This document shows, in pieces, positions 48,105 to 57,634 of a stretch of DNA of 64,000 bases (position 1 is its first letter; each line of letters starts with the position of its first letter). Source of the DNA: Candidatus Altimarinota bacterium. GTDB lineage: Bacteria > Patescibacteriota > Gracilibacteria > UBA4473. A program made the position numbers and the translations under genes. Location of the stretch: contig OZ246423.1 of assembly GCA_965231215.1 (NCBI GenBank), positions 512,001 to 576,000 of the forward strand. The letters run 5' to 3'. The notes under the pieces are model-generated. The model made no database searches and was not told where the DNA came from. It saw nothing but the letters and a program-made list of their open reading frames with translations.

Positions 48105-48551
48105 ATGTGCAAACTTCCCTACCTTCCTGAAGGAAAAAAAATTCTATATGCTGAACATGATCACGAATTTATGAAAGCCGCCAAATTAGCAGCTGAAAGT
48201 TTATCACTTGATCCTGGACATAAAATTGGCTCGGTTATTGTAAAAGAAGGAGCCATTATTGGGCGGGGGGGGAATGGATCAAAATTTCATCAAAACATTG
48301 GGTGTATCAGAAAAATGTTGCACGTTCCTACCGGAAAAGGATATTGGCTGTGCCCTGGATGCCAAACACATCATCACTCCGAACAGACAGCCCTAAAAGA
48401 CGTCAGAAAAAATGGACATAATCCAGAGGGCGCTGATATTTATCTCTGGGGACACTGGTGGTGTTGCCAATCTTGTTGGGGCAAAATGATAGAAGCTGGT
48501 ATTAACAATGTTTACCTCGCCAAAGACGCTGAAAAACTATTCAAAAAGTAA
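48105..48551 (+). CDS. dCMP/cytidine deaminase-like zinc protein
   Basis: HSE and WCCQSC motifs, AGI..V. Confidence 0.8.
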   Translation: MCKLPYLPEGKKILYAEHDHEFMKAAKLAAESLSLDPGHKIGSVIVKEGAIIGRGGNGSKFHQNIGCIRKMLHVPTGKGYWLCPGCQTHHHSEQTALKDVRKNGHNPEGADIYLWGHWWCCQSCWGKMIEAGINNVYLAKDAEKLFKK

Positions 48552-48558
48552 CACAAAA

Positions 48559-50328
48559 TTACTCTGGAACAAATTGAGCTTTAGGCATAAACGTCCCTAA
48601 TTTTTTGCGAGTCCACCAAGTCGTACTTCCTATTTCAGCAAAATTATACTCATACAAAGTGGCTCTGATGTATTTAGGTGTATTTTGGGGGAAGGCTTCT
48701 GACTCAAGCAGTGATAAAACTTCTGGATTTCGCTGAAAAAGAGATTCAATAAACGGCGTCCACCAACTGACATTTTCCCAATTACCTTTGAGCGCCGCAA
48801 ACCACATCTGCCAATCCAGTCTGGGTTGATGTGGGCCTGTAAATCTAGGAATTTTATTCAAATCCCCAGGTTTGTATTTAAATTCATAAGGTCTCCAACT
48901 TTCCCCATCCATAGAGCCCTCAATGACAATCTCAGGGCGCTTAGTAGTCATATTAGCAAAGAGCCCATAACTATTACTCATCTTTAAAGGTGATGTGTAA
49001 GCCATGATAAATTGCACAGGATCACTCACCTTTATCTGGTGATGAAAACTCTGCGAAACCGCCATCGGCACATAGAGCAAAACCACAACCATTAAAAAAC
49101 TTTTAGTCAGCAGCCCTGGAACAGAGGGCTGAATTTTGGATTTAATAATTTGAGGAATACGCTCAATCCTTTGATCATCCAAAAGCAAAACGCAGATCGC
49201 CAACGTCAAAATATTAAAGAAATTATAATTACCACTTATCATAATAAGCAGTTCTAAAACCGTCATACAAATTAAACCAAAGTACCTAAAATTTCTTGGA
49301 GCAAAAATTAAAAAAGGAATCACCAACTGAACAAACAACACCCCCCCAGTACCAAACTTTAATACAAATTCTGGGAGAGAGTGAAACACATACGACAGGG
49401 TGTTTGGAATTGGTTGCGTTTCGAAATGGTAGTCAAGAGCGGTTAAATTTCGCCAATTCTCATCAGCTAAAACTTTGACCATCCCGGACAAAAAGAAAAA
49501 TTTAAACACCAGTAATCGAAACATCCACACAAAGACAGGAAGCCATAAAGGTAAAAATATGGCCAAGAAACCTACCTCCAACAGGAAAATATCCCACTGA
49601 TAACCAAGCCATATCTGTCCCACAGAAAAATAAGAAAGATATAAAAGGTAACACACTAAGGCCGCCCAAATTCTAATTTTTTTGATACACAAACCTAAGG
49701 CCGAAAGAGCTCCCAAAAGACAAACAAATTGAAGCATAATATCGCTACTATTGAACCAAAAAATTGATGGGAAATTTATATAGGCATCAATTCCTGTAAA
49801 AGAAGCCCACCTGTTCAAAAATATCTGAGCAGGAGTGATCCCATTACTGCCCACTAGTCCCAATATTTGGACACTCAAACTCAAAAAAGCCGATATATAG
49901 GTAATCGCCAAAAGGGTGTAAAACCATTCTACAGTTCGCTCAAATCTAGGCGATCTCCAGTCTCTTCCAAATGCAATTTTACACAGTTTATAGGTTAAGT
50001 TACGGTGACGTGCTATCCAGCGATAAATCCCTTCACTTAAGCTTGAAAAAGGTTTTATTTTTTTATAAATCCAATGCCAAACCCCATACCCGCCAAGAGC
50101 CAAAACTCCAAAACCGGCTTCAGCTCCTGATGCTTTTTCTCCGTTCGGATTAATCAACACAATAGCCGACTTAAAATCCTTCAAAGGAATTTTAGGAAAA
50201 TTTTTCTTTTCGATTTGGAAGGGCGAAAATTTCACTTTTTGCCCCACCAGTGAAACTAAATAATTCACACAATACCTACAAAAACCACATTCTCCATCAT
50301 AGATCAAAAGTGGTTTTTTTATTTTCAT
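48559..50328 (-). CDS. DCC1-like (DUF393) thiol oxidoreductase fused to a lipase maturation factor domain
   Basis: YDGECGFC; GYQWD.FLLE.GFL, HFETQP.P, PHQPRLDWQMWFAA. Confidence 0.9.
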   Translation of the reverse strand: MKIKKPLLIYDGECGFCRYCVNYLVSLVGQKVKFSPFQIEKKNFPKIPLKDFKSAIVLINPNGEKASGAEAGFGVLALGGYGVWHWIYKKIKPFSSLSEGIYRWIARHRNLTYKLCKIAFGRDWRSPRFERTVEWFYTLLAITYISAFLSLSVQILGLVGSNGITPAQIFLNRWASFTGIDAYINFPSIFWFNSSDIMLQFVCLLGALSALGLCIKKIRIWAALVCYLLYLSYFSVGQIWLGYQWDIFLLEVGFLAIFLPLWLPVFVWMFRLLVFKFFFLSGMVKVLADENWRNLTALDYHFETQPIPNTLSYVFHSLPEFVLKFGTGGVLFVQLVIPFLIFAPRNFRYFGLICMTVLELLIMISGNYNFFNILTLAICVLLLDDQRIERIPQIIKSKIQPSVPGLLTKSFLMVVVLLYVPMAVSQSFHHQIKVSDPVQFIMAYTSPLKMSNSYGLFANMTTKRPEIVIEGSMDGESWRPYEFKYKPGDLNKIPRFTGPHQPRLDWQMWFAALKGNWENVSWWTPFIESLFQRNPEVLSLLESEAFPQNTPKYIRATLYEYNFAEIGSTTWWTRKKLGTFMPKAQFVPE

Positions 50329-50398
50329 CAAAAACATTGTACCTCAAAAAGCTTTTTAATTTTTGCTTTTTTTATGAATAATCAAGAGCAGATCAAAT

Positions 50399-50968
50399 AT
50401 GAAAATCTTTTTTTACACTTTGTTTGCATTAACAGTAATTAATTTTGCCAAAGCAAAAGATGGGTGTCCTGGGCAAGAAGAATGGGTTCCAGAGATTGGA
50501 GACTGCGCTATCGTAGTTTATGACGAAGAGGATCTACAAAATGAAACGCTTGACCAATGGATCGCCAAACTAGACCAATGGTTCAAAAGAGCAAAAAATC
50601 AGACAACCTGTCTAAGAAAGGGCTTCGAATATGCTGAAATTTTGCCGCCTGGCGGAAAAGTGATTTCTGTCTCTGGAACGGTAAAAATTGAACGTGGCCT
50701 TAAAATCCTCATAGCTACACCAGGCCTGGAACTCAAACCAGGGGACATAGTAGCAGTCTCCAAAACCGCCTCCACTGAACTAAAACTAAATCGAACGGGG
50801 ACTCTTAAAGTTACGTCTGAAAATCGTTTTCAGGTACCAAAAAGTAAAGAAAAAAATGGATTATGGCCAAAGATAAATAATTGGACTGGAAGTTTATGGT
50901 CAAATACAAAGAAATGTCTTAGTTCTCCGCCCCCCCCCTCGCTCCCTACGGGAGGGGTAAGAGGATAA
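50399..50968 (+). CDS. Secreted protein with a partial FecR-like domain
   Basis: Signal peptide; VSGTV.I.R...L.PGD.V; ends PTGGVRG. Confidence 0.65.
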   Translation: MKIFFYTLFALTVINFAKAKDGCPGQEEWVPEIGDCAIVVYDEEDLQNETLDQWIAKLDQWFKRAKNQTTCLRKGFEYAEILPPGGKVISVSGTVKIERGLKILIATPGLELKPGDIVAVSKTASTELKLNRTGTLKVTSENRFQVPKSKEKNGLWPKINNWTGSLWSNTKKCLSSPPPPSLPTGGVRG

Positions 50969-51049
50969 AGAAATAACTTTAATGAGTTTCCTAATTTTGA
51001 AACCTATTGAGAGAGGGTTCTTTCTGCCAGTCTATACCGGGATCTAATT

Positions 51050-52468
51050 TCAAATCTTTTTCACACTCTGCCCACCGGCTTCATCGAGCACTTCAAACCC
51101 CAAATTTTTGATATCGTCTCTGAGTTTATCAGACAACTCCCAATTTTTCTGACTCCGAGCTGTAGCTCGTTTCTCAAGTAAATGGTGAACTTCCTGAGGT
51201 ATTTCAACTTTGTCTGAAGAAAGTATATCAAACACAGGGTTAAAATGTTCTTCTAAAAAGGCAATAACCGATTGTGCATCCCCACCACTCAAAGTTCCTG
51301 ATTCTTTTTGCCGCAGGGCTTCACCAATACAGTCAAAAACAGCCGCTAAAGCTTCGGCAACATTCAGGTCATCATAGAGAGCTGCACCATATTTTTCAGC
51401 ACTAGATTTAGCAAAATTAGAGGCTTGGCCTTGGGCCATTTGACTCAAAACTCTACGAGCTTCATTTATTCTTTCAATAGAGTTTCTGGCTTGCAGTAAA
51501 CTATCTTCCGTAAAGTTAAGAGCAGTTCGATAGTGAGCCGCAAGTAAGGCGTATCTGATTTCTTCCCCCTTCCATCCTTTGGCTAAAAGATCTCGAATAG
51601 TAAAAAAATTTCCTTTAGATTTAGACATTTTTTGTCCATCTACCAGCAGGTGTTTGGCATGCATCCAAAAAGGAATGTGATACCCACAACTACACTGATT
51701 CTGAGCAATTTCACACTCATGATGAGGGAAGGCATTGTCTTCACCTCCCGTGTGGATATCGGTGTGAGGCAGCAAAGATTGACTCATAGCTGAACACTCA
51801 ATGTGCCACCCAGGAAACCCTTTCCCCCAAGGACTATCCCACTGCATTAGGTGATTCTCATTGGCTCGTTTCCACAGGGCAAAATCAAGGGGGTTTTCCT
51901 TTTCATCATTCACCTCTACTCGAGCTCCAGCCTGCAAATCGGCCAAATTATTTTTGGAAAGTTTACCGTAGTCTTCAAATTTAGTAGTACGAAAATACAC
52001 CGACCCATTCACTGCATAAGCAAAATCTTTTGCAATCAAAGTTTGGGTCATATCAATCTGCTCTTTGATATAGTCAGTAGCTTTAGGCCGATAATCAGGC
52101 GCTTGAATCCGAAGCACTTTTTCATCCTCTAAAAAATAATTGGTAAATTTTTCAGCGACAGCAAAGGCATCGATCCCTTCAGCTTTAGCTTTTTTGGCAA
52201 TTTTATCCTCTCCATCGGCATCTGCAAAGTCATCATTCGTTAAGTGTCCTACATCCGTGATGTTCTGAACTTTTGTAACTTTATAGCCGGCGTATTTCAA
52301 AACTCTACTTAAAAGATCCGCCATCAAAAAAGATCTAAAATTCCCAATATGAGCAAAGTCATATACCGTTGGTCCACAAGAATAAATATTGACTGCGCCC
52401 TCAACCCGCGTTTCAAGTTTTTCTTTTTTTCCCGATAAAGTGTTATGCACAAAAATGTCCTGCCCCAT
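51050..52468 (-). CDS. cysS: Cysteine--tRNA ligase
   Basis: CGPTVY, HIGN, GWHIECS, KMSKS; start reassigned to MGQDIF. Confidence 0.97.
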   Translation of the reverse strand: MGQDIFVHNTLSGKKEKLETRVEGAVNIYSCGPTVYDFAHIGNFRSFLMADLLSRVLKYAGYKVTKVQNITDVGHLTNDDFADADGEDKIAKKAKAEGIDAFAVAEKFTNYFLEDEKVLRIQAPDYRPKATDYIKEQIDMTQTLIAKDFAYAVNGSVYFRTTKFEDYGKLSKNNLADLQAGARVEVNDEKENPLDFALWKRANENHLMQWDSPWGKGFPGWHIECSAMSQSLLPHTDIHTGGEDNAFPHHECEIAQNQCSCGYHIPFWMHAKHLLVDGQKMSKSKGNFFTIRDLLAKGWKGEEIRYALLAAHYRTALNFTEDSLLQARNSIERINEARRVLSQMAQGQASNFAKSSAEKYGAALYDDLNVAEALAAVFDCIGEALRQKESGTLSGGDAQSVIAFLEEHFNPVFDILSSDKVEIPQEVHHLLEKRATARSQKNWELSDKLRDDIKNLGFEVLDEAGGQSVKKI

Positions 52469-52538
52469 TCGTAAATCAAAAAAAATTCTCAAAGAAGGTA
52501 AACCAAAGTACCCTGAAAGTAAATTAATTATCTTGAAT

Positions 52539-52739
52539 ATGGCACACAACACAAAAGATCATGCCTACCACCTGATGATGCAGCTGGTAGAAGAAAATAA
52601 ATCTCTTTGGCGAATTGAGAGAGATTACGCTGTACACGACAGTAATTGTGAGGAATGCTATGCCTTATGGGAAAAAATGAAATCCGAAAAGGCAGAAAAT
52701 ATTAAGACTTTAGAGGCCTTGGTAAAAAAACACCTTTAG
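52539..52739 (+). CDS. Small ferritin-like helical protein
   Basis: YHLMMQL.E..KSLWRI..Y...C.EC..LW pattern. Confidence 0.65.
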   Translation: MAHNTKDHAYHLMMQLVEENKSLWRIERDYAVHDSNCEECYALWEKMKSEKAENIKTLEALVKKHL

Positions 52740-53671
52740 TTTTTTAGAGGACAATAAATACTGGTAATAAGTTTTTCTGGCGGAGTGTTAGCCGAATTAT
52801 TTTCATAGATCTCTAGGGGTTCTTTGCCTTTCGCACACTTCAATTTTTTGTAACGCTGGTAACTCATCATAGCCGACCAGCCATTCCCTAAATGTAGATA
52901 AGAACCAGTATGAACTACTTTCAAAGCCTTCCCTCCATCTAAACTCCCCATTACAAATCCATCCAAATTGGAGGGGAGTTGAGAGACAGAAATACCTGAG
53001 GTATAGCTGGCTTTTCGTTGTACCATATCAAACTTATGATAAATAGAAAAAACGGTTCCAGTCGTTTGAAGGCCATGCTCATCTATAGCTTTTTCAAGAG
53101 CTTTAAAATCCTGTTCCATAGCCGGCCCGAGCTCTTCAATAGAGCAAGTATTTTTTCTGCCGATATAGGAAAATCCTTTTGTTTCTACAATTCCTTCAAT
53201 CGCAACTTTTGAAGTCACCGTGCCGGTTTCTGAATATTCTTTGAGCATCCTCAAGCCTCGTTCATAATCCATCCCCACCCAGGCCTCCATCATCCGTTTC
53301 ATCCAAAACATAACCAGTGGCAATGAACTTTTCATCCCCCAAGTAACAACCGTTTGGTGTCCATCAGGGTTAAAATCCCAATACACCTCTCCACGTGATT
53401 TCCAGGGTTTCAAAAATCTAGCTTCATCTTCAATCCGTTGATTTTTAATTAGTTTTTTATGTTCTAATTCTCCAGACCCAATCCATTCACCATCCCATAT
53501 ATGTACGGCTCCTTCTTGTCCCTGAATCCCTTTAAAATCCACACTACAGTTTGGTTCCATAATCAACCAAGGCGACCAAGACTTTTGAACTTCAAAATTG
53601 GCTACCGCCTCAAAGACATCTTCTACTTTAGCGTTTATGCGAATAGATCTTTCAACCGAAAATAAACTCAT
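52736..53671 (-). CDS. SRPBCC domain plus GyrI-like effector-binding protein
   Basis: VERSI.I.A, WSPW, GMDYERGL; HTGSY.HL..W, EIYEN. Confidence 0.88.
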   Translation of the reverse strand: MSLFSVERSIRINAKVEDVFEAVANFEVQKSWSPWLIMEPNCSVDFKGIQGQEGAVHIWDGEWIGSGELEHKKLIKNQRIEDEARFLKPWKSRGEVYWDFNPDGHQTVVTWGMKSSLPLVMFWMKRMMEAWVGMDYERGLRMLKEYSETGTVTSKVAIEGIVETKGFSYIGRKNTCSIEELGPAMEQDFKALEKAIDEHGLQTTGTVFSIYHKFDMVQRKASYTSGISVSQLPSNLDGFVMGSLDGGKALKVVHTGSYLHLGNGWSAMMSYQRYKKLKCAKGKEPLEIYENNSANTPPEKLITSIYCPLKN

Positions 53672-53755
53672 GATTGTATCATTAAAAGCATAGGCATCAT
53701 AAACCCACGTTTTAACCTTGTCGAGATTCATTCAAAATTTTATGCTGACATCTGA

Positions 53756-54586
53756 ATGAAAAATCTTATGAGATACATTATTCCAGTACCCATAAAAAAA
53801 TTTTTAAAATTTAATTACTATGCGGTTCTAGATTTTTGTGACAAAGTTACCGGAAAATACGACCCCAAATATCCTCCCAGAAAACTTAACTTTGTAGGCA
53901 GTTCGGATTTCAAAAAAGTAGGTGATGAATTGGTCACTCACTTTAAAAAAGTGGGGAATCTAAAGCCCTCAGATTCGGTCTTGGATATTGGTTCAGGGAT
54001 TGGAAGGATGGCTATTCCTCTAACTGAATATTTAGATCAAAAAGCCCAATACGAAGGCTTTGATATTGATCTTCGAGGGATTGAGTGGTGCCAAAAAAAC
54101 ATAACTCCCAAATACCCTCATTTTCAGTTTCAATACGTAGATATTTATAACAAATATTACAATTCTGGAGGCGCTATATTAGCCAAAAATTTTGTATTTC
54201 CTTATGCAGACAACCAATTTGATTTCATTTTTGCAACTTCGGTTTTCACGCACATGTTGCCTGAAGATATTAAAAACTATTTATCAGAAATAAATCGTGT
54301 ACTTCGCTCCGGCGGAACACTTTTTCTTACCTGGTTTGTACTCAACCCAGAAACCAAAAAACTGATGGAACAAAAAAAATCTAACGCTCACTTCCAGTAC
54401 CAAAAAAGTGATTGTTTTTACTCACACAAAAATAATATTGAAGCTGAAACCGCCTACCTCGAAACCTGGATTAAAGCCCAATACAAAAACGCCAAAATTG
54501 ATAAAAACCTAACCATTCACCACGGATGGTGGCGTGGTAAAAAAGGCCTGAGTTATCAAGACATTATCATCGCTCAAAAACACTGA
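53756..54586 (+). CDS. Class I SAM-dependent methyltransferase
   Basis: VLDIGSGIGR, FD...SVFTH, RVLRSGG. Confidence 0.9.
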   Translation: MKNLMRYIIPVPIKKFLKFNYYAVLDFCDKVTGKYDPKYPPRKLNFVGSSDFKKVGDELVTHFKKVGNLKPSDSVLDIGSGIGRMAIPLTEYLDQKAQYEGFDIDLRGIEWCQKNITPKYPHFQFQYVDIYNKYYNSGGAILAKNFVFPYADNQFDFIFATSVFTHMLPEDIKNYLSEINRVLRSGGTLFLTWFVLNPETKKLMEQKKSNAHFQYQKSDCFYSHKNNIEAETAYLETWIKAQYKNAKIDKNLTIHHGWWRGKKGLSYQDIIIAQKH

Positions 54587-54685
54587 ACCCCCACAAGCAA
54601 GGGGAATATCTCTTCGTGTCCTTAACCCAAACGGACACCTTTCTAGAGAGGGGATACGTAGAGAGAAAACAGCTCCATCCCGCGC

Positions 54686-54844
54686 CTAAAATATTGTATA
54701 AATGAAAGGCGCCAGAGCTGAACCTTGTGTAAAAATTATGAGTAATCCCAATAGGCTGAAAATCAAAAACAAAGGAAACATCCAGAACTTCTTTCTTGCT
54801 ACCATAAATCCGAAAAGATCTTTTACAGTTTTAAATTTATGCAT
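54686..54844 (-). CDS. DUF5989/SxtK-like small membrane protein; absent from the ORF track
   Basis: Manual translation MHKFKTVKDLFGFMVARKKFWMFPLFLIFSLLGLLIIFTQGSALAPFIYTIF. Confidence 0.85.
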   Translation of the reverse strand: MHKFKTVKDLFGFMVARKKFWMFPLFLIFSLLGLLIIFTQGSALAPFIYTIF

Positions 54845-54940
54845 CAAAAAAGATTCTCGTTAAATCCTTTTTAAATTCAAATAAAAAGTGGGGAGTTCCC
54901 TCAAACTCCCCATCACAAAAACTCAAATCAATCGTACGCT

Positions 54941-56266
54941 CTAAAAAAAGTTCTTTATATCATCAAAGCTAAGTCCTGGTTTAGTCTTCACAACTTTTCC
55001 TGCATCAAAAAAGACTCCCGTTGTCTGATGTGTAACTCCATATTTTTTCTTTAAATCAGCATAAGTATCATAATCAACTTTTAAAATCACGGTGCCTTCA
55101 GGGAGTTCTGAAATCTGATCATTAATTTTTCGTTCTAATTTTTGGCAATTTGGGCACCAACTCGCCTGAAAATTCAAAACAAATTTATCACCATTAGCCA
55201 CTAAAGTGTCAAAACGTTGATAAGAAAAATCTTCATTTACAGCCATTTTTTTCATCATTTTATCTTCTGTGTGAGCGGCTAAATTCGTAAGCCGCCCTTC
55301 TACTACGTGATCAGCTGGCGCTGGATCTCCATCATCCGGTTCAATCGTAAGCACATAGAATAGGTGATCGCTTAAATCCTCTGAAGTTTCATATACGTTT
55401 ACATATCTACCATTATGCTTTTCGGCTTTTCCAGTACTAATAACGCTGAGCCCGTTTGTTTCACGAACAATCCATCCTTCGTAAAAATATCCTTCACCTG
55501 GATCAACTAAGTTTTCAAAATGAGCTACCAAAGTGTACTTGCCATCACTCAATCGGGCTTTGGCATTCCCACTTGCACCGCTTCCATCTACTGGCGCTAA
55601 GATTCCAGCCTGATGAAAAGTGCCTGTAGGAATTTTGATCATCATTTTGTCCTCTGTTACTTTTTCTTCTGGAAAAAAGTATGAATATTTTCTATGAGGT
55701 TTTGTTTGTTTGTTGGCTTTAAGTCGGTAGATAATTTCAGCCATAATGCCACGATTCACCACCTGGTCTATAGCCTGTACCTCTTCTGGAAGAGCCCCAG
55801 CCTCACCAAGATCCTCAAGATAAGGTTTAAACCAAGGGTTTCCAGTTCGAGCTCCTTTCCGGTGAGCTGAGATAATTTTGGCCGCTTCCGCTACATTGAT
55901 GGTAGCACCAGGTCTAAAAGTCCCATCTTCGTAGCCCTTAATGAGTCCTTTTTCATACGCTAAACAAATATAAGGCGTATACCAAACATTCGCTGCCACA
56001 TCACTAAAAGGCACGGTTGAAATAGAACACTGCTGAGCCATCTGAACCCCAAAGTAGGTTTCTATAATAATTTTGGTAAAGGCCGCTCGAGAAATTGATT
56101 GAGCCGGCTTGTAAGTTCCATCTGGATTCCCCGCTACCACCCCTTCTGATTTAAGGTAATTTATGGCTTCGGCATGCGGATGACTGGTTGGCACATCTGG
56201 AAACGCAGCCTGAGTTGCCAGTGGCAAACCCAAAACAAAAGCGAAAAGTAACCAATAATTTTTCAT
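54941..56266 (-). CDS. S-layer homology protein with central domain and C-terminal thioredoxin
   Basis: FPDV..GNPDGTYKP, FSDV..GYEDGTFRP; FYEGW..TIEP domain; WCPNC. Confidence 0.85.
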   Translation of the reverse strand: MKNYWLLFAFVLGLPLATQAAFPDVPTSHPHAEAINYLKSEGVVAGNPDGTYKPAQSISRAAFTKIIIETYFGVQMAQQCSISTVPFSDVAANVWYTPYICLAYEKGLIKGYEDGTFRPGATINVAEAAKIISAHRKGARTGNPWFKPYLEDLGEAGALPEEVQAIDQVVNRGIMAEIIYRLKANKQTKPHRKYSYFFPEEKVTEDKMMIKIPTGTFHQAGILAPVDGSGASGNAKARLSDGKYTLVAHFENLVDPGEGYFYEGWIVRETNGLSVISTGKAEKHNGRYVNVYETSEDLSDHLFYVLTIEPDDGDPAPADHVVEGRLTNLAAHTEDKMMKKMAVNEDFSYQRFDTLVANGDKFVLNFQASWCPNCQKLERKINDQISELPEGTVILKVDYDTYADLKKKYGVTHQTTGVFFDAGKVVKTKPGLSFDDIKNFF

Positions 56267-56362
56267 GAGAGAGAACGTTAAAAAATAATAACTATTTCCA
56301 ACTTAACGATAGGACCAAAAATACTCAAGCCTGCACTGTTGCCTCCGCAACAAAAAAATGAT

Positions 56363-57484
56363 TTAAAGCCCAAGAGATCTGAGTTCTTTTAATAAAAAGT
56401 CAGCATAAAACACATGTCCTAGGGTATCAAAGTGAGGATCTGCGTTATGCAAAAAATAAAGTTTATGCCTTTGTGGATGGTTCCTAAATTCACTCAAAGG
56501 ATTGGCGCATGTTAAATCCAATTTTTTACACCAGTGCAAAATATGCTTTTGTGGGCGGTCAGCCTCTTTGGCTTCCTGATCAAAGTGCATCACCGCGTAC
56601 TTTTTCTCATACCCTTTATCTACCTGTACATCCATAGGAATTAAAGAAATCAAAACCGGAATATCACTGATTTCCGAAAAATATTTAATGCTTTTCATAA
56701 CATCGGTAAATCTATTCCAATAATCTTGAAGTTCTGGATCTTGCGCCGGATGATCTCTAGATAAAAAAACCGGCCAGGTCAGCGTTGGAGGTTCAGATTC
56801 AATGCGTTTCCATCCATTTTTATACATCAGAATTTCAAATCTTTCATTAAGCCAATGCCAGGCATAACTCTGCGGAATTTGGGTTTCTTTACTTTCTAAT
56901 TTCCCTTCGGTGTTAGCAAAAACTTTTTGATCCTTCACCGCTAGTATTTCTTCCCCTCCCATAATCCAGTGCTTTCGACGGAGTTCAGTAATATCATTAG
57001 CCACAAAGATATTCATGATTACCAAATCGGGCTTCATCAATTCCGCATACTTTTGCATAAGCAAATAATAATTATCAATGGAGTATCCAATATGTCCGGC
57101 ATTCCAAACTTTCCATCTCTCCCCCAGTTGTGATTCTAAAATCTCAGAAAAAGTATCTTCTTGATCAACTCCGGTTCCAAACGTAAAGGAATCTCCTAAC
57201 ATCAAAATGTTTTTATCCCAATTATTGGCTTCAAAATTTTCATCTCGAAAACCAATATTATTTATATGAATTTCTGGTGTAGGCACCCCGTACCCATTTT
57301 CAGCGAATGCCCCTGGTTTGTGCGCATAAGTATTCAATGCATCTGGTTGGTAAATAGGAATCCCTACGGCTGAAACGGTATCCTGGTGAAAATTTTTTTC
57401 ATACCTTAAAAAAACCTCCAAACCTCCAAACGCTATCCCTCCAAAAAAGACACAAAAAAATAAATTCCAGAACAAAACCTTCAT
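56363..57484 (-). CDS. SGNH/GDSL hydrolase family protein
   Basis: N.IGFRD, LGDSFTFG, NAG..GY, ND, DPH...GH. Confidence 0.88.
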   Translation of the reverse strand: MKVLFWNLFFCVFFGGIAFGGLEVFLRYEKNFHQDTVSAVGIPIYQPDALNTYAHKPGAFAENGYGVPTPEIHINNIGFRDENFEANNWDKNILMLGDSFTFGTGVDQEDTFSEILESQLGERWKVWNAGHIGYSIDNYYLLMQKYAELMKPDLVIMNIFVANDITELRRKHWIMGGEEILAVKDQKVFANTEGKLESKETQIPQSYAWHWLNERFEILMYKNGWKRIESEPPTLTWPVFLSRDHPAQDPELQDYWNRFTDVMKSIKYFSEISDIPVLISLIPMDVQVDKGYEKKYAVMHFDQEAKEADRPQKHILHWCKKLDLTCANPLSEFRNHPQRHKLYFLHNADPHFDTLGHVFYADFLLKELRSLGL

Positions 57485-57634
57485 TGAGATATTTATACCT
57501 GATTACCTCCTAATTAACAGCTAAAAATTCCACAAACATGAGGCAATAAATACTCCACCAAGAGGGACTCTTCCTCTCGGAGTATTTCTTCGTCTTCTGG
57601 TATTTCTTTTACAAGTAATGAATCCAAGGAAAAT

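Noticed and set aside
56340-56351. 12-bp match to the tRNA-fMet 3' end (TGCCTCCGCAAC) beside the SLH-thioredoxin gene
   Set aside because: Short, inverted relative to the tRNA, 32 kb away, with no partner repeat or integrase; may be chance.
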